Assembly: GCA_013115145.1 (NCBI GenBank)
Contig: JAAPAO010000157.1
Span: 1 to 60,063, forward strand
DNA: 60,063 nt
Direction of reading: 5' to 3'
Origin: Perkinsus chesapeaki ATCC PRA-425
Lineage: Eukaryota > Protista > Perkinsozoa
In this document: positions 38,901 to 51,133 of the stretch, in pieces
How the letters are laid out: the number at the start of each line of letters is the position of its first letter
Numbering within the stretch: the first letter of the stretch is position 1
Program-made: the position numbers and the translations under genes
Notes under the pieces: model-generated
Told to the model about the DNA's origin: nothing
Database searches by the model: none
The model's input: only the letters and a program-made list of their open reading frames with translations

Positions 38901-40199
38901 GCGGAAGCATCCTGAGGTTGCTCTGTACATTAATTATACGACACAGAACAAGTAGTTCATGGACCTAACTACTGCTAGTCTCTTGCGCTCACAAACTCGC
39001 TCATCGTACTAGTGTACTACTACCAACTTTTTAAATATAAATTGAACGTGTGACGCCGCCCACCAAAGTGAATGCAGTCCTTGTATAGCGGGTGCTGTAT
39101 TAAGGTTTTGAGGTTAATATTTTTTAATTCATTTATGTCAAGAATATCGCAAGTCTATGATTTTTATTATTCCGCTCCAAAGGCGATAAACGGTGGCGCT
39201 GAATGATGCCCCTTGTCGGGGTAGTTGATGCCTAAGTTTGCATTCTCAGATTTGCGATTGTATCCCCACCCACAAGTTACGGAGCCCTGGAGTGCATCTG
39301 GCGGTGGCCTTGCGTACGGATAATAATTTTGTGGCGCAGTTAATGTGAGGCTGTTAGGTTCCTCATCGGTCTTGCGAGTCGATTGACGGGGGAAGAGAAC
39401 TTCGAGCGAGAAGAGGAGACGGAAGGAAAGTGAGTCTTCGGAATAATTCGGGCATAATTTCTACTCCATTCTTTTCGATGAAATCCGTGGATCATCTTTG
39501 ATGCCGATAACTCGATTGCCAACCTCATCAGGGTCGATTTGCGTCCCAGCTTGCAAGAGTTCACTTCTGTATTGAGGAATATCGTCCTCACGGCCGAGGA
39601 GAATGAGCAGGATAACTACAAAGGGTGAGTAAAGGAGGACCATTTGCTAATGCAGCAGAACATTTTATTTCTTACGCAAAACTGCAGCTCTTAGCGCTGG
39701 TGTTGGAATGTCGGTTAAACGTCCTCACCTCGTCTCTATTCCCCCTCCGCCGCTATAAGGTTGCCAAGCGTTTATTCTTTGTTGTTCTTCAGTTTCAGCA
39801 ACGGGCGTAATGTTCGAGTAAAATACGGCTTGCTGGAGATTCGAGATGGTGTACCAATCGTTGTCACTGACCTTTAATAATTACCATTTGCTGAAAACGT
39901 TTCCTTATATTCGTTTGGTTGCAATTGTGTTTCACAGTAACGGCGTACTAATGAACGCAACTTCTTGTTGCACCGTGACGTATTCGATTACGCGAAGTTC
40001 ATGCCAAGTGGGGAAAGATTCTGACTTGAATTGCTACTGACGAAGTGCTTGGAGGTACAGTTCGAGCCGGAGTCGGTTCCTCACTTGTATATTTGTGATG
40101 CCACACAATCCTGTGCAAGCTAGATCATTTGTATTTGTAACGGCGAGATGATTGTCGTCATTGTTGTGTTTACTGAGGATCGGCTCGCGAAGGCAAAGA

Positions 40200-40900
40200 C
40201 ACTATGACAAAGACCTTTTCGCCCACAGAGATTCACATAAACATGTTGACTTTGCCAAGACAGTATTAAGGACCAGCGTTATTATCGTTAACTCATTTGA
40301 AACTTTACTGCATTAACAACGCCCAAGAAAACTCCGATTCTCGGAGCGCAAAGTAATTTTGACAGCACAACACAAAACAAAGTCCGTGGATGTTTTTTTT
40401 ACCAACTATAGGGCCCCATACTATGGGGGGGTGTAACCGGCGCCGAGATAAATCGCGGCTGAATGTCGGCATCACCAGGCACAAGGGAGGACTGAGCAAG
40501 CTATTCTTAGAATAGCAGGCCTTGGTAAAGCTGAGCTCAATCACCACCATTTGAAAGCCCCGATGGATGCGACCTCGGAATCGAGTACAACGGAAATAAT
40601 GTTTAGTTTTAAGAATGTTTAAAGAATCGGAAAACCTTCAAATACGTTTCATACTTCTTGCCGCACATCAGAACATGAACCCCCGCACAGAAACGGCCAG
40701 ACTCATGACGGAAAAACCAAGTGTATTGTTGAGCGAAATGCTTGGCTCTATACTTGAATGTCCCGTCCATGCTGATGCCAACGGAACGAGTCGCTCCATT
40801 AACATACACCTCTTCGGACTATGCTATAGTCTGCGTAGACGATGAACCGGTCGGCAGCTTGAGGACCTTCGTCATGTACTAGTGTGTGTCGCCTCTGACC
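40200..40900 (-). mobile_element. Mutator-like (MULE) transposase relic
   Basis: SMDGTFKYRAKHFAQQYTW..VHVLMCGKKYETYLKVF, then VVLDSEVASIGAF (two acidic catalytic segments of the MULE DDE domain). Interrupted by stops. Confidence 0.6.
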
Positions 40901-41529
40901 AAGGTAGTTGTATCCCTTGTAGTTGTCGTCGATTGTGAAGGCTGAATCACTAGGTGCCTTTGGAAGACCAGAGGATGCATTGAGACGTCAATATCATTAG
41001 TTGCCTCTCTTATTCAAAGGGCCTAACCGGTCGGTTGACTTGCTCTCTTGAAAGACCTACACGCCATTATCGCATTTCGACAAAATAATCTTGAACAATT
41101 ATGCCCAAGACTTGAGCATCGTCTACCCTGGACTACATTCGATAGGACCAAGTAGATATTAATCAAAGTTCGGACTCTCGCAAAAAGAGCGGTATGAAGA
41201 TCAATCAACGGGGCAAGATTCTCTGAAGAAGGAACGATTTTAGCACACAAGCGGCTCGCGGGGCGAAGTGCTTCCCGAAGGGAAGCTACGCTACCGCATT
41301 CAGTTCAGAAGCAGTTTAGTACAGAAGTCGGCTAATCAGTGTCACTGATTCTGTGACTTTTTGGCGCTGGAAATGAGATTGCCCATTCGCTGTAATACAA
41401 TCGATGACGCGATCGATTGCTCAGTCTTGCGCGGGTTGCGAATAATCTCCGACCAACACAAAGCCTGTTTAGATGGTTTATACCACAATAATGTACGACA
41501 AACTCCAAAGGGAAGAATAAGTTATTAAA

Positions 41530-44500
41530 TCAATTGTTTTTTGCAACCATCTTCATACGCTTCTCAATACCCCGAATATCTTCTTCAGTCAAAACATGCT
41601 GCAACGCGAATTCAACCTGCAAAGATGAGATTCTCGACGATCTCGTAGCAGCTGAACTCACACTGGCAGTTGTCCAACCGAAGAAGTCACCGACGCCTGT
41701 GCACTGATTTCCATATTCTAAATTTAATGTGGATGTGCACGACACGACGTCAAACTTTTCAGGAAGACATCCATAGTTGACAAAGGTCTCCAAGGCGAGA
41801 CTGACCCATCTGAACAAAACTATTCGAGATACGCGATAACCCAAATTGGCACTCTTGGAGAGTGCTTGATAGGGACGGTCCCTATGGGACCTCGTTTGGG
41901 GGAAAGCTTGTAAAATTAAGACAACACATTGAGACTACGCTGAATCGTAAGCTCCGGAAATCGACGAGGTAGAACTGCAATCGATTATTATTTAACAGAC
42001 TAGTGGAGAAATGATTGCTCACCTGGATGCCAAATCTCGCGCTTCCTTCACTCGATTGAGTCTCATGAGCCCGAGCCAAGTGAGCATCTGATGGGGAGCC
42101 CAACCAGCGGGCCAATCCCACTGCCCGCGGAATCTTTCAAAAAATCTTGGAAATGTTTTACGGTTTTTCCTACCCTCGATGATCGTCAGTTATATCATTG
42201 GAAACAACTCCGCCCGGGGCTGCCAATTTCGTCATCAGAGTCTTCACTAGATTGTCCACGATACCTTGATCGTGGTCGACCATGCCGCACCACAAAGGAT
42301 ACGACACGCCAGTCGCAGAGAGAACGGAGGGATCCACCAGCCCAGTTTTTGTGTTATAATCGAAAAATGCTCCCTGAGATGGGATGTACCTGAACCAAGT
42401 CATTTCACCGCGTTTTCCGCTCCGTCTTCACATCAAATGCAGCATGGTTTCGCGGCGAGCATGAGCCAGTGCGCGCCAGTTCCGAGAGGGTTCATGGAGC
42501 TCTGAAAAATATACGACTAATCCGGCGTTTGTTGAATTCTCTCACTTGCAAGATTCGATTCGATCCTATACAGAATACAATTTAAATCAACTGTGGCCAT
42601 ATCACAGGCATCTGTTCTGGTGAGTCTAGCTGTAGTGTCATGACCTGATTCCTGAATCGCCATATCTGACCGTATCTGAGCGAAATGAAGCCATTACAAA
42701 TAATTCTTATCCGTACCGTTTTTCAATCCCCTCGGCAAAATTTCTATGCAGTTCGACAACGTTAAAGCCAATATCACGGACAGTATTATCGACTAACGCC
42801 ATTAGTCTAATGGTATTCATAGTGTATATTCGTGTAGAGGTATTACTAGTGCTTTGTACAGATTCAAACTAAAATAGAGTTTCAATGATCGGGCTGATAC
42901 CTCTTGCCCGTAGCGTACTTATGAAAAGTACCCAAATCGAATCCAGCAAATCTACCTTTCACGCTTCTACACTAGCGGTCTGTCCAGCACAAGTGACAAA
43001 AATTTGAGTGAAGAATGGACCCAACTTATTTTCCAGGTGTTCTCTCAATCATTTCCCTTCTCACCGCTCTCTTTCTAGCATCCCCCGTTAACCCTTTCAT
43101 CCAGGCATAGTGCCCAGGCTCTGTGGCTCTGCACAAGGTCGCCGGATGACCATCGTACCTAACATAAGACATGCCCAAGGTACATCCTATGAGATCTTGA
43201 GAATAACGAACAGCTAAACACGTAGATGATGCAGCAACACTAATTCCAGAACTCTCAGCGGTGTGCAGCGCCAGCAAAGAGAGCACATGTATCAACACGG
43301 CCTCCTTATGATGGGACTCATAAACCCTATAAACTCCAGCAAAGTCGGCAACAAGGCCACTACTTGAGATAGTATTTACAATAGTAGTAGTGAATCAAGT
43401 TGAACGGTCAGTAAATAGGCTTTCTTCTCGATGATCTTTAACAATAATATATTTATAATTATCACCTATCTTATTAATAGGAGATACGTTAGCGTCCACA
43501 AACGATTCACATAATTTACCAACAATTGGTTCATCATTATCGTCGTACCATATCGTCGTTGCATATTCAACAGCGAAATGTTAGATCGCGGCACAACTCT
43601 TGGCATCGGAGCTAGTAGCTCCAGAGCGCGCGCGCTGTCCGATTCCAAAGATTCGGTGCTTCAGTGGTCTTACTCAGACTCTGACCACTCAATCTTCACT
43701 TGCTATTTATGTAAAATGTCCGACCACTCAATCTTCACTTGCTATTTATGTAAAATGTCTACTCCCTGTTAACTCAACCTTCGCAGAGACTGGTCCGTAC
43801 TCCACCTTATGAAAGCGTCTCGGAAGATTTTGTTCGTCATGAGATTCTCGCTGAAGGTTAACAGCAAATCAGCTGCAAACGACTTTTTGCTGTTTAGTGC
43901 AACGAATTTGGCAGAGTAGAAGATCCTGTTCTATGCAGCGCTTCTGCAAGAAGACGTAGCCACGAAGAACATGAACCTCCGAATCGACTGCCGACTTTGA
44001 CATTCTTCCAGTTACTGGAGGATACAGTATCTCAGATACTGGAACCAAGCATGTCATTGGTGACATCAATGATATCGCCGCAACAGTGAGTGGAACATCC
44101 TTCAAGTAGATCAGCAGATGTAAGATGTGCTTCACATCTCTGCCAAGCACCCCTTTACCAATTCCGGGAAGGGAACAGTGGCCTCTCTGGTATGGAGTTC
44201 GAGGGTAACAAGGCCCTCTCGGTACAACATTTTGGCAGGGAAAATATAGTTTTACTGCAGAAACAAATGAACGAGAGAATCCGGGCAAGCCTTTCTGGAT
44301 GGCCGTGCATAGAAATACAGTACACGAGTTACAAGGAAACCAATTTTGGTGTCGAGGATTTTCGATGCCAATCCGTTACTTCGACATGCTCAGGAATCCC
44401 ATACTGTATCATCAGTATTTTACGTATTAGATATGAATCTTACCTCGACAAGCCAGTTTTCTTGTCATATCTATGCCCACATCGCCAAACGTTATCATAC

Positions 44501-45833
44501 TCTTGTACGACTGCTGCCGTAGCGCGAGCTACCTACAGAATATCCTTTCTGCGCACTACCAAGATTCCAGGATGCTATCCACTTACCAATTTAGTGTCGT
44601 TCTTGATATAGGGCAGAAGGACCATCAACGTGGATGAGAGAAGTGGAGGTTGAGAACGGTTTATGAAATATCTTAATCGATCACGTAATCGATTGTCACA
44701 CCGCCAATAATCTAGCTTACGATCTATTAGCATTCAGTAAGGCTCCGTAATTCTCAATCTCATATATTTCCTGCTTTAGCATCGAGATTGCCACTTGCAA
44801 AAGTTTAGGGTCGGGCGGCTCCGACGAACTCAGCAAACCAAGAATGATGAAGAAACTGAAAACATTTTTTCATCCCAAAGAACCCGGGTTCGAATCCCCT
44901 CAAGATCACCTGTCCCATCCATACATCGACGTAAACCTTCCACCAGGAACCATGTACTGCGCGCCGAATTGGAGGGCTAGAAGGCCGGGTTCCATGGTAT
45001 CGAAATCCTTCACAGTGTGGGGCATCCCAGGGTAGATCTTTACTCGCGCTGGATACCCCTCCAAAGCATTAGCGTAAACCTCATAATCTTTAGTGGGGAC
45101 ATACATCAGTGGAAGTGGCCCTGGGAAAGCAGAATAGACCCTTATTAGTGCCAAGAAAGTGACACTCTTAAGAGGAAGAACTGATAAGATAATCACACAG
45201 ATGCACTCTACGTTGAAATTAAAGCCAAATTATTCCTCATCACGCGCGCCTTGATCGCTTCAATTTCGTGACTCACAAACATAATACATTCCATATCAGG
45301 CCAAGAAGTATCTCGGAGATTCGGGTAAGTATACTCAAATCCGACTGCTTCTATAACTATCTCGTACTGCCTTAGTAAAATTAATAAGCAGTCTACCTAT
45401 AAGTAATACAGCACGCCTGCCCCACGGAACTCATCCCAGTACTACCAGCATAGGCCTTCCTTTGTCGCCATTCCTGAGGGTGCGTATGCTTCCAATGATG
45501 CTTCTTATTTCCCTCATCGGCCTTCTTATCGGCCTCCTCATCGGCCTTCTTATCGGCCTCCTCATCGGCCTTCTCATCGGCCTTCTTATCGGCCTTCTCA
45601 TCGACCTTCTCATCGACCTTCTCATCAGCGTTCGGAGGCTCATGAACCGGCACCGGCTTCGGTTGTGGTTTGGTGACCTTAGGATCCTTCATGCACTCAA
45701 TTATTGATTCCGGATCCGGACCCATATGCCGCAGCAAACTCGGCCAAGCGTACTCGGCAATCGCTTCACGAAGAGCCGGCAGGGGATCGGTAAATGCAGT
45801 TTGGAGAGTAGGAACAGGAAATTCGACAGTCAT
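41530..45833 (-). CDS. Neutral trehalase (GH37, Nth1-type), paralog A, multi-exon
   Basis: Exons read AWPSLLRHMG..DPK; PGLLAL..YMVPGGRFTSMYGWD|SFFIILGLL..YGALLNANRS|YFINRSQPP; VQEYDNVW..TGLSR|Y..EPGHY; [18 protein letters not shown]; FFDYN; [13 protein letters not shown]; PEKFDV..EYGNQ..FGWT. Catalytic Asp (SGHD) and Glu (EKF) segments are intact. Confidence 0.93.
43683..43760. repeat. 39-bp tandem duplication in the long trehalase A intron
   Basis: gaccactcaatcttcacttgctatttatgtaaaatgtc occurs twice with period 39. Confidence 0.9.
45513..45630 (-). repeat. Coding 12-bp repeat encoding (A/V)D(E/K)(K/E) units in trehalase A
   Basis: About 9-10 copies of ctcatcggcctt variants, translating as NADEKVDEKVDEKADKKADEKADEEADKKADEEADKKADEG. 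Confidence 0.9.
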
Positions 45834-46119
45834 TAGATCTTAATAAAAATAATAAAACTACAACAAAAGTGACATCTGATTTCTGACCGGGGCAAGCTCG
45901 ATTTGGGGTAATCCGGTATGGATCATTAGCTCGACCTTCTTAGTGCTACTTACTAATATTTTCTCCCGTCCAGGCCTCCACGCATATCCACTTCTCGCGT
46001 ACCGTATAACAAACGTTTGCTTCCTGCTTACTCGAAGGATGAATTTATTCAGTTATAAAAATTTAAGACGAGGACTAAATTCGCTCGGAGCACGAAGCCA
46101 TGCTCGATCGACCAATAAG

Positions 46120-46134
46120 CTGCTGCTGCTGCTG

Positions 46135-46176
<42 letters not shown>
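46120..46176. repeat. Compound (CTG)5(ATC)14 microsatellite between the trehalase genes
   Basis: Directly visible in the sequence. Confidence 0.95.
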
Positions 46177-46903
46177 GAGACCTTGTCCGCCGAGTCATAC
46201 CAGCTTGCCATGACTTCTCTCTACATTGGCATTTCTATCATCACCATTAGTACGCTATTCAAAGAATATATGGTATTTATTCATAACAGTGAAGTTATCA
46301 TTTATTTATTAACCATACTGGTGTATCTTCGTAGTGACTGTGACCACTGCTCCATCTCACAATCGATAACACCATGGGAGGGCTAACCAAGATCGGACCA
46401 ACTGCGATGTCCAGTTACCAGCCACTAACCGCCAGCCACCTTCGACCACACCTCACCGAAAGCCATACAGGTCCACACGGTTGACCCACTTCATTCGGAT
46501 ACGACTGCCCTGGACCGGACACCCAGGGCAAGTGACGAGTATACCTTATGGCTCCGAAAGAAGGACTTCAGTGGGACAGGCAACCGATACGCCAGAAAAA
46601 TTGGGAAAAATTCAGCGAAAAGTGAAGTAGTGTTAAATTAGCAGTAATGAAAATGTCGTATAAAAACGATAATAATCTTGATGAATTTTAAAATCGTATA
46701 ATACACAATCCACCCTCTTTTATACTGCATGGACCATACATTCTGGAAAGGAAGCCAGCAAGTTATCAACTAACAAAACAGATGTCCTACCACCCATGGG
46801 GACTGCCAACAAAACACGTCCATCGCAAACGGGGCACTACTAAGAAACTCGCTTTACATTAAGGTTTATTTAAATCTGTGATACGAATGCAATATCTGTC
46901 ATT

Positions 46904-49900
46904 TCAGCATTTCTTTACTTCCTGTTTTTTAGAGAAATCGTGGTTTATACGACTGATGTCGTCAGGAGTGAGGACAGACTGCAGGGCCATCTCGACCTGA
47001 AGGAAAAATTCGATTCGCAATGAAAAAAATACGACTTAGGTCCAGTCCAGGACGTCCCGTAGAAAAAACCAAATACCTGGCGGCAACCAGAAGCCCTGAA
47101 ATACCGTCCTTCAATGTGTGTGCAAGCTCGCAAAAAATTCCAGTTTCCAATGCTTGTTGAATTTCGCTGAAAAAACGCCTAGAATTAGAGAATGTAAAAT
47201 AACGAAAATTTCCCCGTAAAATCCGGTCTGTACGCAAAAAAACTTTTCGCAAAAAAATAAAAATTTTCCCATTCTTACACTTGCAATGGTCCATCCAAAA
47301 TACTCCCCCTTTTCAGTGCATTGATTGCCGTATTCCAAATCTATTCGAGATGTACAATTAACAACATCGAACTTCTCCGGAAGACAATCATACACTTGGA
47401 ACGTCTTCAAACAGAGACGAACCCATCTGAGGAGGAAAGAAGATACGAAAAATCTTCATAGTGCGCAAAACACAAATTTTACTGCGAACTCAAAATTGCA
47501 CGTGTTGCGGCATTTCAACCCATTCACAAAGATTCCAAAAAGGTTGGATTCGTGGCCTAGTCTTCGATATGGTAGACATGCCAGTCACCCCACATACTCC
47601 CGAAATTGAAAAAATGGTCATATAGCTTCTAAATGCGCACTATTAAGATTCCAAATGAATGCGCACTATATAGATTCCAAATTAATGCGCACTCTAAAGA
47701 TTCCAAATGAATGCGCGCTATTAAGATTTCAAATGAATGCGCACTATAAAGATTCCAAATGAATGCGCACTATAAAGAATCCAAATGAATGCGCACTATA
47801 AAGATTCCAAATTAATGCGCACTATAAAGATTCCTCCTCACCTTTCGGCCAGATCTCTAGCCTGAGTTATGTACCCCAATCTCATCAAGCCCATCCATGC
47901 TATCATCTGATGTGGTGCCCAGCCTGCTGGCCAATCCCATTGACCAGTAAATCTGCGAAACGAAAATCGCTTCGCTCCGCTAACATCCTCGACCCACCCT
48001 TTAACATTGTCCTTCAAATCATCGGAAACTATCCCTCCCGGTTGGCCAAGATTTGTCATGAGCGTATTTACAATCTCATTAGAAATCGATCGATCGTCAT
48101 CCACCAACCCGCACCACAAAGGATATGCCAAACCAGTGACAGATAGAAACGATGTATCCACTTGACCATTACGAGTGTTGTAATCGAAGAAGGAACTCCT
48201 CTCGGGGATGTACCTGCGTGCAGAAAGATACTCGGGACAAATTGCACAATTATTCGAGATCACTGAAGCCGTTCAAGAAACCGATGTCGAAAGCCACAGT
48301 CGGTTTCAAACCTCACATACGATATACGACACCTTAATCCACTCTAACCAATTCCTGTTTATTAAATCAAGATTCCCCGCCCCGAGATGGTATACTATTA
48401 TTCTCCCCCTACACGTCGACACACTCAGTCGATTCAAGTCATTCCTGAGTCCAATGGTGTTGGCACATTCTGGCTCTCCCGTCTGCACTAGTAGATTTCA
48501 GTAGTTAACCAAGTTCAAAATTCTCATTAAACCTTTTAGGATCCAACCTTACATCAACCTCAACATCGAAAGCTTCCTCGTCTCGGCCAACGCCGCCCAA
48601 TCCCTCGATGGCTCATTCAGTTCTAAAAACACCAAATCGATCACGTGATCGATTATACATTTCCCTTCGTACCAGACATATCTCTCTCTATCTTATACAG
48701 AATACAATTTAAATCAACAGTGGCCATATCACAGGCATCATATCGGCTCAGTCGCGCTGTGGTGTCGTGTCCTGACTCTCGAACAGCCATATCAGATTGA
48801 ACCTGGTAAAGGAGGAAAAAACTCTAAAAAAGTTGGCAGGAACTCACTTCCAGATTTTCACGTGTATTCTAATTCGCACACTAATTTTAAGATATTATCA
48901 AAATAATATATTAATCTATAATTTGATTTCTTTTCATATTAAACTGTGTAACTTATTGCGTATATTATACTGTCCAACAAACTTTTTCGACCAAGGAGCC
49001 ATCGAAAAGAAACAGCAGACGTTTCAAAAAATGTACTCAAAACTCGGAACTCAGGAAATTTCAATTATATTTCCTCCGCATCAGGGACATTTATCGAACC
49101 TCCCAATATCCTGGACCTGATCCCCATCAGACTACACCACACTGCTGCGGGCCAGTCCCTCATTACCGCTCTTTCTAAATCATCTCCCTGCAAGGACAAC
49201 ATCCAATCATAATGACCCGGTTCCACAGCTCGGCACGTAGCCGCTGGTGAACCTCCGTACCTTTAAAAACCGCTATTCATGAAACGCTTCGCTCCGCCAA
49301 CTACTTGGATAATCCAGTTATAGTATCATAACGAGGTGAAGATTTCCACACTGTATCATATTCCTTAACAACAGCAGCAGTAGCACGTTTGACCTGGCGT
49401 TGAGGAAATGCAAGATTAGCAAGATTCCCGTAAAGCTCACCAGCTTGTCATCGTCTTTAATGTACGGCATTAATAGCATAAGGGTTGACGATAACAGTGG
49501 TGGTTGAGCACGGTTAAGAAAATACCTGAAAAATTTTCGAACTCTACCGGAAATTTTCTGGAAAATCTGGCAAATCCTCCACAATGAAAACTAGTATGTT
49601 GCAAATATTGAAGACGAACAACCGTGGCGTTTGAGAATCTCCACAAGATCAAAGGAAAATTTTCAAAAATTCACCGGAAAAGCGGCAAAAACGGAAAATT
49701 TTCCCGAAATTTCCGAATCCAATATTACGATCTATTAGCGTTGAGAACCTTCCCGTAATTCTCAACTTGATAAACATGATTTCGCAGCATTGAAATTGCA
49801 ATATGTAGAAGATCAGGATTTGGTGGAGTTGATGAATTAAGTAAACCAAGTGTGATGAAGTAACTGACAGCAAAAGATACCATTAACGCACTATAAAGAA

Positions 49901-51133
49901 TTTCACGACACAAAAGGCTGTCCCCTATAAAAAAGACATACAGAGAAGAAACTGGGGAATCGTCAAAACCGCCTGCTCGTAAATTTCTTCAATTACGACT
50001 CTCCAACAGAAGCCGATTTCGATAGGTTTCTACGTATTTGCCGAATTAGGGGCTGCCCTATATATTTTCTTATCTTCAAGGAAGTATATTATAACGAATA
50101 GCACTATGACAATTCTTCACAGAGCGTTCACAGAATTGTAAACTCCACTGATTAAAAGATTAGTATCAAGCAGCGCGGAGAGAGTGAATGATAAAACGTA
50201 TTGTAATTTCTGATGTAAAAACAGCAAGTCGCGAACCTTGACCATAAACGGCATTTTCGTTCGACAAAAACTTTCACCCTTTCCCGCAAGATATTCTCAG
50301 TATTATTATAAATAAACTCCCTCAGTAAAAATGCCTCTCCCAAGAATCGAACCTACGCATCTTATTACCTATCCCATCCATACATTTCATTAAATCTCGC
50401 CCCGGGAACCATATAAGGCGATCCGTACTCGAGCGCCAGCAAGCCCGAATCCATATCTTGAAAATCCTTGGTTGTACTGGGAACGCCAGGAAACGGTTTA
50501 ACTTCAACCGCTGAATTCTTTAAAGCTTCTTGATAAACTGGGAAGTCTGCTGGCGGCACGAAAAGCAATGGGTTACCTGAAAATGAAAATTCATAATCAT
50601 TTATAAATAATAGACATAATGAAAAGCCGGTCAATGCAAAATGGTAAATGAATTGATATCCTGCCGGAGCAACGCTAAGTCCATGGAGAAAATAACACTT
50701 TATAGGAAATTACAGATCTACATTCCGCGAGACATGCTTCGGCAGATAATGCCTTGAATGACGCCTCACATTGACGATACATTAAAATAATAATACCATA
50801 CTTGTGAAATCAAATAATCAACACTTTTCATATCTTAGTGAATCATATAACTGAAAGTCAAGCAAGAACTACTAGCAAATTGAAGTTACCCATCCACTGT
50901 TAATAATTGGAGGTCGCAGCTCTAGGAAGCGATTAAGAACTCTACCATCAACTTGCTGCAAGTATGATGATTTCCTGATTCCGAATCTTACCATCAGCTC
51001 TCGTTGACTTCACTTTTGAATCCACCATACATCTTATTATTTTATCAGCTTCAGGCCCCATCTGCCGTACTAGAGATGGCCATGCTTTGCTGGCTATGGT
51101 GCGACGGAGCGTTTCTAGAGGTTGCTCAACCAT
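46904..51133 (-). CDS. Neutral trehalase (GH37, Nth1-type), paralog B, multi-exon
   Basis: Exons read [10 protein letters not shown]; [25 protein letters not shown]|[19 protein letters not shown]|YFLNRAQPP; [13 protein letters not shown]; [23 protein letters not shown]; FFDYN; [16 protein letters not shown]; PEKFDV..EYGNQ..FGWT|[10 protein letters not shown]. Intron positions I could trace match paralog A. Confidence 0.93.
47632..47834. repeat. 26-bp minisatellite, ~8 copies, in a trehalase B intron
   Basis: Unit ~aatgcgcactataaagattccaaatg. Confidence 0.95.

Noticed and set aside
45943-46386. 147-aa ORF with a poly-Leu/Ile stretch that looks like a membrane protein
   Set aside because: The hydrophobic run is just the (CTG)5(ATC)14 microsatellite.
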